NCBI GenBank assembly: GCA_963815455.1
Contig: CAWFGO010000002.1
Location: 480,001 to 544,000 of the forward strand
Length of the DNA stretch: 64,000 nucleotides
Source of the DNA: an uncultured Verrucomicrobiae bacterium
GTDB lineage: Bacteria; Verrucomicrobiota; Verrucomicrobiia; Chthoniobacterales; UBA10450
Reading direction: 5' to 3'
The translations under genes and the position numbers were made by a program. The notes under the pieces are model-generated. The model saw only the letters and a program-made list of their open reading frames with translations. It was not told where the DNA came from and ran no database searches. Below are positions 20,376 through 30,387 of this stretch, piece by piece (the stretch's first letter is position 1; each line of letters starts with the position of its first letter).

Positions 20376-22303
20376 ATGAAAAGACTCACCTGGCCGATCG
20401 TCGCTTTCGCCTTCGTGATCGGCCTCGTTTTCGGCAGCCAATTCTTCCCCCGGACGAAATTATCTCGGGCGCCGGCGATCCCCACCAAATCAGTCCAAAC
20501 GACTCTCGTCGCCAAGCCGGCTCTTTCCCAACCGGCGGTTGCTCCGTCCGGATTGGGCGCTCCCGAAACGCCCGGTTCTTCTTCCAGCGGAGAAATTATC
20601 GAGAGACTTAAACGAGCGTTAACAAATTCGGGGAGCCGGCGCGTTTACCTTCAGCTGGCCAAGCTGGTTGACTCAGTTAATGCCGATAATGTGCGGGAGC
20701 TCGTCGCTTTCGCGGAGGCTCTCCCGAAACCGCAGGACAAGACCATGCTCGTTCAATTGTTGGTCGGGCGATGGGCCGAGTTCGATCCGAAATCAGCCAT
20801 TGAATACGCGCAAAGCAGGCCCGGCAACGCTTCGCGTAATTGGGTCCTCACCAGCGCCATCGGCGGATGGGCCGAACAGGACATGACGGCAGCGATGACT
20901 TGGGCCCGGCAGATGCCACCGGGGCCGGTGCGCGATCAGGCGATGCAAACACTCGTTGGCTCAATGGCAGAAAAAGATCCGCAGGCGGCAATCGCTCTGT
21001 TGCAGAGTCTGCCCGCCGGCCAAAACCGGGAAAATCTTTACTTCCCGATTTTCAATCGTTGGGCGGCGAACGATGCCGCCGCGGCAGCCGGAGCAGCTGT
21101 CCAATTGCCACCCGGGACTGGTCGCGACCGCGCTCTTCAGGCAGTCGGTTTTACGTGGGCAAATCAGGATCCGGAATCGGCCTTTGCCTGGGCCAACAAC
21201 CTGCCGCCGGGGCAAAACCGCGACACGGTTTTGCAGAATATCTTGTCGGGCTGGGGCAATAAGGATCCGCAGAAAGCTGCGACCATCGCCTCCACATTGC
21301 CGGCGGGCTCTGTGCGTGACAATGCGATGGCCAATATTGGGCGAGAATGGGGCGGGAACCGATCCCCGCGCCGCTGCCGATTGGGCCCGCAGCTTGCCTG
21401 GGCAAGCCGAGATTAGCGCGCTGCGCTCCGTTCTGTTCGTTTGGGCGCAATCGGACCCGACCGCGGCGGCGCAGTATGTCGAAGGTTTGCCAGCCGGTAA
21501 GGTGCAGGAGGATGCGATCAATGCGATTGCGGCGCAAATGGCCTCGGCCGATGTGCAAAGTGCCCTTGCCTGGGCCCAAAAACTTCCGGCCAGCACGGCC
21601 CGCCAAAATGCGTTAGGCAACATTGTTTCGCATTGGGCGGGGAACGATCCGCGGGCGGCGGCCGAGTTTGTGTTGCGCGAGGCCGATGCCGGCCGGCGCA
21701 ACGACATGGTTGAAAAGGTTGCGCGCCAATGGGCCGGACTTGATTCCAATGCCGCCATTCAATGGGCCCAAAGCCTCGACAGCAATGCGCGCGACGCGGC
21801 CCTTCCCGCTATCATTGAAGGGCTGGTAAAAAACGATCCCTCCACCGCAGCGCGCCTGGTCACGCAAATTTCGTCCGACCAGGCGAAGGCCGACGCGGCC
21901 GGTTCGATCGTGGCGCGTTGGAGTTCGCAGAATCCCGAGGAGGCCGGGCGCTGGGCCGCATCGCTTCCCGAAGGGCGCGCGCGCGAGCAGGCGTTTCAAA
22001 GCCTGATCAATCGGTGGTCGCGGAGCGATCCGGCGGCCGCGGCCGGCGTGGCTCGGCACTTTGCCCGAAGGCGCATCGCGAGATAGCGCCGTGAGTAGTT
22101 TTACCGGACGGATTGCCAGTTCCGATCCGCAAACGGCCGTGCAATGGGCGGAGTCGATTGGCAATGAAACCGTCCGGGGCAGCCAACTCGAATCAGTTTT
22201 TCGCAAATGGCTCAAGAGCGATCCAAACCGCGCGCGGGCATCGATTACGAATTCGTCGCTTTCCGAAGAGGCAAAAGCAAGGCTGCTTTCGCCGGGAAAA
22301 TAA
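20376..22303 (+). CDS. membrane-anchored helical-repeat protein (frameshifts near 21350 and 22045)
   Basis: N-terminal TM segment, then ~38-aa repeats W(A)..DP.AA..WA..LP.G..R..A. Confidence 0.75.
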
Positions 22304-22322
22304 GGGCACAGCAATCCAGCAC

Positions 22323-22415
22323 GTCATCCCGAGCGCAGTCGAGGGACCCCGTTGCGGAAGCGTAAAGGAAGCGCTTGGGGATCCTTCGACTCCGCTTCGC
22401 TTCGCTCAGGATGAC
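22323..22415. repeat. GTCA-tagged palindromic unit (short type)
   Basis: gtcatcccgagcgcagtcgagggacccc...ggggatccttcgactccgcttcgcttcgctcaggatgac. Confidence 0.85.
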
Positions 22416-22423
22416 CTGCAAAG

Positions 22424-22437
22424 TGTTCACTTGAACA
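22424..22437. promoter_or_regulatory. LexA box upstream of imuB-C/dnaE2
   Basis: Perfect TGTTC-ACTT-GAACA, 30 bp upstream of ATG 22468. Confidence 0.88.
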
Positions 22438-22467
22438 TATCCACATCTTTATAGCTAAATTGAGCCC

Positions 22468-23455
22468 ATGAAGCGCTCTGCTTCCCCAAAGAAAAAGCCG
22501 CTGGAAGATCGACAGCGTTCCATTCGGCAAATCCTCGCCATCCTCCATAAATGGGGAATTCACACGCTCGGGCAATTTGCCGCGCTGGATAAGGAAGAAA
22601 TCGCAGCCCGGCTCGGCCCCGAAGCCGTAGGGATGTGGGAGCGGGCCAATGGAAAATCGAAGCGGTTACTCAAGTTCGTCCAGCCCCCGGAGTTATTCGA
22701 AGAGAGCTTCGAGTTCGAACACGAGATTGAAACAGCCGAACCGCTCCTCTTCATCCTGCGGCGGTTTCTGGAGCAACTCGCCTTGCGACTGGGCGGCATC
22801 TATCTCGTGACCAAAGAACTGACCCTCCGGATTGCTTTTGCGGCGAACAAGAAGACTTACCAGCGCGTTTTCAAAATTCCGCAGCCGACCAACGATGTCG
22901 ATCTTCTTTTCCGTATGCTTGCCACGCATCTGGAGAATTTTCGCTCGGAACATCCGATCGTGGCCGTGTCCTTGCAGGCCCAGCCAATCCGACCGGCATC
23001 GCAGCAATTCGGTTTATTTGAAACCGCCCTGCGGAATCCGCAGCAACTTTACGAAACACTCGCGCGACTGAGCGCGTTGCTCGGTTCCGAGCGTGTCGGC
23101 ACGCCCGTTCTCGAAGAAACGCATCGGCCGGATGCATTTCGAATGGAGGCATTCAGGTGGCATGGGCTTCCAGCCCATGTCCCATCGGCAAGGATGCCGA
23201 TGCCACGACCCGCGCTGCGTCGTTTTCGGCCGGCGGTGTCGGCATCGATGTTCACTTCGAAAAACTCGGCATCTTCAGAGTGAAAAGATTCGCGGTCGGA
23301 TCGCCGAGCAATCCGGACCTTATCGCGCTTCCGGCAATTGGTGGGACGAAAAATCCTGGGAACGCACCGAATGGGATCTCGAGCTGGAGGACGGAACTGT
23401 CTGCCGATGTCATCGGAGCGGAAGCACCTGGGCGATCGATGGGATTTATGATTAG
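22468..23455 (+). CDS. imuB: ImuB C-terminal half (thumb/little finger, clamp motif, C-terminal domain); frameshift near 23260
   Basis: LHKWGIHTLGQFAAL, EIETAEPLLF.LRR, QFGLF clamp-binding motif, TLARL..LLG..RVG, GPYRASGNWWD...EWD. Confidence 0.8.
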
Positions 23456-23461
23456 GAGCCA

Positions 23462-23553
23462 GTCATCCTGAGCGGAGCGAAGCGAAGTCGAAGGATCCCG
23501 GTGCGCTGCCTTTAAGGTTCGCGACGGGATTCCTCGACTTCGCTCGGAATGAC
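23462..23553. repeat. GTCA-tagged palindromic unit (short type)
   Basis: gtcatcctgagcggagcgaagcgaagtcgaaggatccc...gggattcctcgacttcgctcggaatgac between imuB-C and dnaE2. Confidence 0.85.
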
Positions 23554-23557
23554 GAGA

Positions 23558-26500
23558 ATGTCTTATATCGAGCTTCATGCCTGCAGCGCGTTCAGCTTTC
23601 TGCGTGGCGGTTCATTTCCCGAACAATTAGCCCAAACCGCGGGCGAGTTGGAAATGCCGGCGCTGGCGCTTGCTCGATCGGAACGGTGTTTACGGCGCCC
23701 AACGATTCTCCGTAGCCGCGCGCGAGCAGAATGTCCGGCCTATTATCGGTTGCGAACTGGAGATGGAAGACGGCGGAATTCTGCCGGTGCTCGTCGAAAA
23801 TCGGATCGGCTACAAAAATTTATGCGAGCTTCTCACCCAGGCGCATTTGCGCAGCGAGAAAGGAAAATGTGCGGTGAGGTGGAGTGAGTTGCCGCAGTTC
23901 GCGGAGGGGTTGATCGCATTTTTGGGATTGGGGAGCACAGGCTGCCAGCCTGTTGGTTGCGGCAGCTTGCCGCAACCTTCTTCGAACCACACGCACACAA
24001 ACACCCCCGGTGTCCGGCAAGCTGCCGGACACTACAGGCTGGCAGCCTGTGCTCCCCAGAATGACGCGCACCGCGTCAAACTGTTGATCGACGTCTTCGG
24101 TCGCAAAAATGTTTTTGTCGAAATCCAACGGCATTTCATTCGCGGCGAAGAGCGGATCAACCGCGCACTTGTCGATCTTGCCCGGGCAAATCGCTTGCCG
24201 ATCCTGGCCACCAACGGCGTCCAGTATGCCAAGCCCAACGGGCGCGAAGTGCTGGACGTGTTCACCTGTATTCGCGAGCACACCTATCTCGATGCTGCGG
24301 GCAAAATGCTCACCCAAAATGCGGAGCGCCATCTCAAGAGCGACCGCGAAATGCGCGAACTCTTCCGGGATTTGCCGGAAGCGATCGAAAATACATCGCG
24401 CCTGGCCGAGCGTCTCACGTTTTCGCTCGAAAACATCGGCTACGAGTTTCCATCCTATCCGGTGCCGGCCGGTCACAGCATGGATTCGTTTCTGCGCACG
24501 ATCGTCTGGTTCGGCGCGCAACAGCGTTACGCCGCGGTCAGCACCGCGGTGAAAAACAAACTGGAAGAAGAACTCGCCCTCATCACCAAGCTCGGGTTCT
24601 CCGGTTATTTTTTGATCGTCTGGGACATCGTGAATTTCTGCCGCGAACACAACATCATGGTGCAGGGCCGGGGCAGCGCCGCCAATAGCGCGGTCTGTTA
24701 TTGTCTCGGGATCACACCGGTTGATCCGGTGAGCAATCATCTGGTCTTCGAGCGTTTCTTAAACGAGAGCCGGAAAGGCTGGCCCGATATCGATCTCGAT
24801 CTTCCCAGTGGTGACCGGCGGGAGAGCGTGATCCAGGAAGTTTATCGCCGTTACGGCAAACACGGCGCGGCCATGACCGCGAACGTCATCACTTATCGCG
24901 GACGGAGCGCGGCGCGTGAAATTGGGAAAGCACTAAATTTTTCGGCGACCATTCTCGATCGGTTCTCGCACTTGTTCGCGAACGGTGATTTTCCGCACAC
25001 GATGGAACTCGAATCGCAAATCGAACAGGCTGGATTGCCCAAAGCGCATCCGCGCATGCCCGCGTTCGTGAGACTGTATCAGGCGATCTACGGTTTGCCG
25101 CGCCATCTCGGCCAGCACTCCGGCGGGATGATTATTTGTCAGGACAAGCTCAGCTCGTTTGTGCCCTTGGAAAATGCGTCGATGCCGGGTCGCGTCGTGG
25201 CCCAATGGGACAAGGACGATTGCGAAGATCTCGGGATTGTGAAAGTCGATCTGCTCGGGCTCGGCATGATGTCGGTGATGCAGGATGCGTTTGAGCTCTG
25301 CCGCGAGCGCGGCCGCCCTCTCGATCTTGCTCACATTCCCAAAGATGACGCGGCCACGTTCGAGATGATGCAACAGGCCGACACGATTGGCGTTTTTCAA
25401 ATCGAAAGCCGCGCTCAAATGGCCACGCTGCCGCGGATGAAGCCGAAATGTTTTTACGACGTGGTCATTGAAGTGGCGATTATTCGGCCCGGCCCGATCC
25501 AGGGCGACATGGTCCATCCCTATCTGGCCCGCCGGGCCGGCCGCGAGCCGGTGACCTATTTCGATCCGCGTCTCGAACCGGTGCTTGGCCGCACCCTTGG
25601 CGTTCCACTTTTTCAGGAACAAATGCTGAAGATCGCGATGGTGATGGCCGATTTTTCCGGCGATGAAGCGGAGGAACTGCGGCGGGCCCTGAGTTTTCAC
25701 CGGTCAGAAGAACGAATGAACAAAGTCAGCGTGAAATTACGCGCGGCGATGGAACGGAAAGGCGTCGCCCCGGACAAGATCGACAAGATCATTCAGTCTA
25801 TTAGCTCATTCGCGCTTTACGGATTTCCGGAGTCGCACGCGATCAGCTTTGCGATTCTGGCTTACGGAAGCGCCTATTTGAAAGTGCATCGCGCGCCGGA
25901 GTTTTACGCCAGCCTGTTGAACAATCAGCCCATGGGTTTTTACACCTCGGCCACGATTGTAAAAGATGCCCAGCGGCATGGACTAAAGATCAAATCGGTT
26001 TGTGTTTCGCAATCCGATTGGCGCTGCGCCGTGGTCGATGACAACACAGTGCGTTTAGGGTTTTGCGTCGTAAGCGGATTACGCCGGGAGCACGGCGAAG
26101 CGATCGAGCGCGAACGCAAAGATCGACAATTTGTTTCGTTGGAAGATTTCAAACGGCGCGTGTCGCTTTCCAAAGATGAGCTGCGAACGCTGGCGGAACT
26201 GGGCGCGCTGAATTGTTTTGCGAAACATCGGCGCGCGGCGATGTGGCGAGTGGAGGAAGTACAGCATGACGACCTGCTGGGTCACTCGCGATTGGGGAGC
26301 GCAGGCGGCTCGCCTGCATCGTCCGGCGGCTCGCCGGACGAATATGGTTTGCAGCGAGCCGCCGCAAACTACAGGCCAGCGGCCTGTGCTCCCCAGAATC
26401 AAGAGTCGCCGCTCGTTCCCATGACCGTCCAGGAACGCGTCACAGCGGATTATCAAACCATGAATCTCACTACCGGCCCGCATCCGATGAAGTTACTGCG

Positions 26501-26834
26501 CAAAACTTTGCCGAACATCTGGCGGGCATCTGATCTTTCGCAAGCGCGACACGGCACGATCGTTCAGATCGCCGGCAACGTAATTTGCCGTCAGCGCCCG
26601 GGGACGGCGAAGGGATTTGTTTTTATCAGCCTGGAAGACGAGACCGGCGTTTCCAATGCGATTGTCGATCCTGATTTGTTCGAGCGATTTCGTCTTTTGA
26701 TCACCGAGGAAGCATTTCTGCTCATCGAAGGCGAAGTGCAAAACTCGGAGAATGTCGTGCTAATCAAGACGCGTAACATCCGGCCACTTGCGCATGAACG
26801 ACTCGTCGGCAGCGAGTCACACGACTTCAGGTAG
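23558..26834 (+). CDS. dnaE2: error-prone DNA polymerase DnaE2 (ImuC); frameshift near 23669
   Basis: YIELHACSAFSFLRGGS, GRGSAANS, PDIDLD, PRHLGQHSGG, YGFPESHA, RQRPGTAKG, C-terminal SHDFR tail. Confidence 0.95.
23929..24058. repeat. palindromic element inserted in frame in dnaE2
   Basis: Perfect 25-bp terminal inverted repeats tggggagcacaggctgccagcctgt / acaggctggcagcctgtgctcccca. Confidence 0.85.
26293..26395. repeat. second palindromic element of the same family in dnaE2
   Basis: tggggagcgcaggc...gcctgtgctcccca. Confidence 0.8.
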
Positions 26835-26916
26835 GGACATCTCTCCGAGATGTCCACGGCTTAGTTGAAGAGTGGACTCACAGCAACAAATCGGACGCCT
26901 CGGAGAGGCGTCCCCA
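26831..26916. repeat. GTAG-type REP doublet
   Basis: gtagggacatctctccgagatgtcc ... ggacgcctcggagaggcgtcccca. Confidence 0.7.
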
Positions 26917-27124
26917 AGCCGCGATTGAGAGCCGGAGGCGCCACCTCGGAAGTCAAAGCCATGATTATCGCGGGCTCCTCTGGTCTTGGCATCCCATCAG
27001 AAGTGATGTTCAGAACCGGATTCGACCGGGTTTGCCCGAGCGCATTCGGGCTAACGATGAGAAGGACAAAGGCGACGCTGAACAGCAACGTCAGTTGAGC
27101 AAATCGAGAGAACGGCCCTAACAC
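26861..27124 (-). CDS. possible small exported hypothetical protein
   Basis: Hydrophobic signal-like segment; start unclear; the tail overlaps a REP. Confidence 0.3.
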   Translation of the reverse strand: MLGPFSRFAQLTLLFSVAFVLLIVSPNALGQTRSNPVLNITSDGMPRPEEPAIIMALTSEVAPPALNRGLGTPLRGVRFVAVSPLFN

Positions 27125-27270
27125 AAAGCACCCCCAGGGGAGCTTTGTACCGTGCCCGTTATCCCTGGGATGTTGTTTTTGTTTTTCATCTTAGTTTGTT
27201 TGAAGCTACCGCTAATCCGTTCCGGATTCGTGGAATGGATGATCCCGATGCGGTTTTTGTCAAACGGAAA

Positions 27271-28755
27271 TTATTCGCCGGCGTGGCGCCGGGATGGTTC
27301 TTTTGGCTCGGCCGCTTTTTCGACTGGTTTGTGATCGGCTTCCATCCACTCGGTGTGAAACACTCCCGGCTTATCGATGCGCTCGTAAGTATGGGCGCCG
27401 AAGAAATCGCGCTGCGATTGCAGGAGATTTGAGGGCAACCGGGCCGAGCGGTAACTATCGAAGTAGGCCAGCGATGCAGAGAACGCCGGAACAGCGACGC
27501 CATATTGGACCGCGGTGGAGACGGCGATGCGCCAGTTGTCCTGTGTTTTCTTGACGATGTCGGTGAAATAGGAATCGAGCAGCAAATTATGCAACGCCGG
27601 ATCTCGCTGATAAGCTTCGACGATCCGGTTGAGGAACTTTGCCCGGATGATGCACCCGCCGCGCCAGATGGTGGCAATGTCGCCAAAGTTCAGGTTCCAT
27701 TTGTATTGATGGCTGGCCGCGCCGAGCAGCTCCATTCCCTGGGCGTAGGAAACGATCTTCGACGCGTAAAGCGCGTCGCGGACGGCATCGATGAGTTTGG
27801 CGGGATCGCCACTGAATTTCTTTGGGTTCGGGTGGGGAAGAATCTTCGAGGCCGCGACGCGCTCATCCTTGCGCGATGAAATGACGCGTGCTTCCACGGC
27901 GGCGTTAATCGTCGAAATCACAACCGACTGCGCGATGGCGGACTGGAGCGTCCACAGACCGGTGCCTTTTTGCCCCGCCTTATCGAGAATTACATCGACA
28001 AGCGGCTTGCCGGTGTCGGGATCGATCTTGCGGAAAATCTGCGAGGTGATCTCGATCAAGTAACTATCAAGCTCGCCCTTGTTCCATTCCGTGAAGGTAT
28101 CGGCCAGTTTTTTCGGCTCCATTCCGATCACGTCTTTCAAAATGGCGTAGGCTTCGCAAATGAGCTGCATGTCGCCGTACTCGATGCCGTTGTGGACCAT
28201 CTTCACGTAATGGCCCGCACCGTCCGACCCCATGTAGCGGCAACACGGTTCGCCATCCACTTGCGCGGCGATCTTGCGAAAAATGGGCGCGATAATTTCC
28301 CAGGATTCGCGCGGGCCCCCGGGCATGAGCGATGGCCCCTTGAGCGCGCCTTCCTCGCCGCCAGAAACGCCCATGCCGACAAAATGAATTCCTTTTCCCT
28401 CGAGATCCTTGCAACGGCGTTGCGTATCGGTGAAAAGCGAATTGCCGCCGTCGATTATGACGTCGCCCTTTTCCATCAGCGGCGCGAGCTGACCGATGAC
28501 CGCGTCCACCGGTGCGCCGGCCTTGACCATGATCATGGCTTTGCGCGGTTTCTTTATGGCTCCGACAAATTCCTCCATTGTGCGCGTCGGCTGGATCTTC
28601 TTTCCCTTGCCCCGGCCGGAGGCAAATTTATCGGTAATGTCGGTGGTGCGATTGAAGACGGCGACGGAAAATCCCTTCGATTCCATGTTGAGGACGAGGT
28701 TCTCGCCCATCACCGCCAGGCCGATCAGGCCAATATCGGATTGATTCGCGCTCAT
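27271..28755 (-). CDS. gndA: NADP-dependent 6-phosphogluconate dehydrogenase
   Basis: GLAVMGENL, VKMVHNGIEYGDMQ, QKGTG, QRDFFGAHTY. Confidence 0.97.
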   Translation of the reverse strand: MSANQSDIGLIGLAVMGENLVLNMESKGFSVAVFNRTTDITDKFASGRGKGKKIQPTRTMEEFVGAIKKPRKAMIMVKAGAPVDAVIGQLAPLMEKGDVIIDGGNSLFTDTQRRCKDLEGKGIHFVGMGVSGGEEGALKGPSLMPGGPRESWEIIAPIFRKIAAQVDGEPCCRYMGSDGAGHYVKMVHNGIEYGDMQLICEAYAILKDVIGMEPKKLADTFTEWNKGELDSYLIEITSQIFRKIDPDTGKPLVDVILDKAGQKGTGLWTLQSAIAQSVVISTINAAVEARVISSRKDERVAASKILPHPNPKKFSGDPAKLIDAVRDALYASKIVSYAQGMELLGAASHQYKWNLNFGDIATIWRGGCIIRAKFLNRIVEAYQRDPALHNLLLDSYFTDIVKKTQDNWRIAVSTAVQYGVAVPAFSASLAYFDSYRSARLPSNLLQSQRDFFGAHTYERIDKPGVFHTEWMEADHKPVEKAAEPKEPSRRHAGE

Positions 28756-28819
28756 TTTGGGTCTCCTTTGTTGGCGCGGCGCAACGACCGCACCTCACTC
28801 TACCGACTGACCGGAACAC

Positions 28820-29242
28820 ATGGCAAACTCCCTTTGTGAAGTTTTATTGACGGAAGCGCGCTTGGAAGCGCCGAAGAAGGATGTCGATGGTAACGCCGGG
28901 GCCATTATCGATTTCTGGGGCGTGGTCCGGGAGCTCGAGGATGATCGCGAGATTGAAGGGATCGATTACGAGGCGCACGACGCGATGGCCGAGCACCAAT
29001 TACGATTGGTGGCGGAAGAGGCGATGGAGAAGTTTCAGTTGAAGAAAGTCATCATTCATCATCGGATTGGTTTCGTGCCGGTGGGAGAAGCTTCACTGTA
29101 TCTGCAAGCCAGAGCGCCTCACCGCGCGACTGCTTTCGATGCCAGCAAATGGATCGTCGATGAACTAAAGAAAAAGGTGCCAATCTGGAAGCGGCCCGCC
29201 TTCGCCAAGGCTACGGCGCGGCAGGCCGCCGCAGCGAAATGA
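28820..29242 (+). CDS. moaE: molybdopterin synthase catalytic subunit
   Basis: F.GVVR, YEAH..MA, HRIG, HR..AF, LKKKVPIWK. Confidence 0.9.
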   Translation: MANSLCEVLLTEARLEAPKKDVDGNAGAIIDFWGVVRELEDDREIEGIDYEAHDAMAEHQLRLVAEEAMEKFQLKKVIIHHRIGFVPVGEASLYLQARAPHRATAFDASKWIVDELKKKVPIWKRPAFAKATARQAAAAK

Positions 29243-29817
29243 ATTGGGCCAATCGATTAACGTTGAGTCGACTGGCGCTCACGATTCTCTTTGTCGTGGC
29301 CCTTAATTCCACCTGGCCTTATGCCCGCACAGTCGCGCTGGTTCTTTTTCTCATCGCCGGCATCACCGATTTTGTCGATGGAGAGATTGCGCGTCGCTAT
29401 GGGCACGTCACTAATTTCGGGATGTTGATGGATCCGCTGGTGGACAAAATCATGATTGCAGCAGCGTTTATCTCGCTCGTTCCGCTGAAAGCAATTCCGG
29501 CATGGGCGGCAACGACGGTCGTGGCCCGCGATTTCCTGATTACTGGTTTACGCCTGATGGCGAGCGCGAAAGGCCGTGTCTTGCCGGCGGAGCGGCTGGG
29601 CAAACAGAAGACGTCGTGGCAGGTCGTAACGGTGATCTTTTTCCTCGCGCTGCTTTCCGCCGGCGAACTTAGCCCGGAGAATGAAGGCCGGGCATGGTGG
29701 CTGTATGGCTGGGTCAAAGCCGGCCCCATCCTGGTTTGGATCACGGTCGCGCTAACCGTTTACTCGGGCTTGGGCTATGCCTGGCGCCATCGCGAATTGA
29801 TTGCGCCCGACCAATAA
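29239..29817 (+). CDS. pgsA: CDP-diacylglycerol--glycerol-3-phosphate 3-phosphatidyltransferase
   Basis: TDFVDGEIARR...FGMLMDPLVDK CDP-alcohol phosphotransferase motif. Confidence 0.92.
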   Translation: MNWANRLTLSRLALTILFVVALNSTWPYARTVALVLFLIAGITDFVDGEIARRYGHVTNFGMLMDPLVDKIMIAAAFISLVPLKAIPAWAATTVVARDFLITGLRLMASAKGRVLPAERLGKQKTSWQVVTVIFFLALLSAGELSPENEGRAWWLYGWVKAGPILVWITVALTVYSGLGYAWRHRELIAPDQ

Positions 29818-29835
29818 ACGACCGGCGAGCTGTTT

Positions 29836-30387
29836 CTAGAAGAGGCTTTGGGGCACCTCGACCTTGTCGCCCGGCTGAAGCCCAACGTCTTTCGAGGGAT
29901 CGCGCCGAAACTGGCGAACGTCGTAAATTGTGACTTCGCTGCCCCGCAACAAACGGACACGCTTTTGGTCGGCAAAATCATTGAACCCGCCCGCCGCATT
30001 GATCGCCGTGAGCAGCGTCATGTCTTCGGTGAACGGAATCCGGGAAGGATTTCGGACCGCGCCGCCGACGTTCACGAAACGAGCAGTCGGCTGCATCAAG
30101 ATTGTGATCGTGGGATTGGTGTAGATTCGGCCCGTGCGATACGACTGCTCGATCGACGCGGCCAGCTCGGCCGGCGTCAACCCCTCGGCTTTCACTTTAT
30201 TGATGTAAGGCAGATTAATCGAGCCGGTCACATCGACCATGTAAGTGTTGTTGACTTGAAGCTGTTCGTCCTGCGGCACGCCGCTGATTTTGAGCTCAAT
30301 CGGATCGCCGACTCGCAGGATGGCCTGGCCAAAAAGCCCGGAGGCGAAGGCGAAGGAAAGAAAAAATCCGAGGGCTATCGCGCGCAT
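29836..30387 (-). CDS. polysaccharide biosynthesis/export protein (Wza-like, SLBB)
   Basis: G.INLPYI..VKAEGLT..EL, V.GAVRNP, AI.AAGGF, LQPGDKVEVP. Confidence 0.88.
   Translation of the reverse strand: MRAIALGFFLSFAFASGLFGQAILRVGDPIELKISGVPQDEQLQVNNTYMVDVTGSINLPYINKVKAEGLTPAELAASIEQSYRTGRIYTNPTITILMQPTARFVNVGGAVRNPSRIPFTEDMTLLTAINAAGGFNDFADQKRVRLLRGSEVTIYDVRQFRRDPSKDVGLQPGDKVEVPQSLF

Noticed and set aside
3037..23700. Many frameshifted genes (desaturase, DUF3052, MBL hydrolase, methyltransferase, dusB, lptG, DinG-like helicase, repeat protein, imuB-C, dnaE2) as pseudogenes or programmed frameshifts
   Set aside because: These are small indels, several in homopolymer runs, in otherwise intact genes including the normally essential lptG. 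Long-read consensus error is the simplest explanation; read polishing would settle it.
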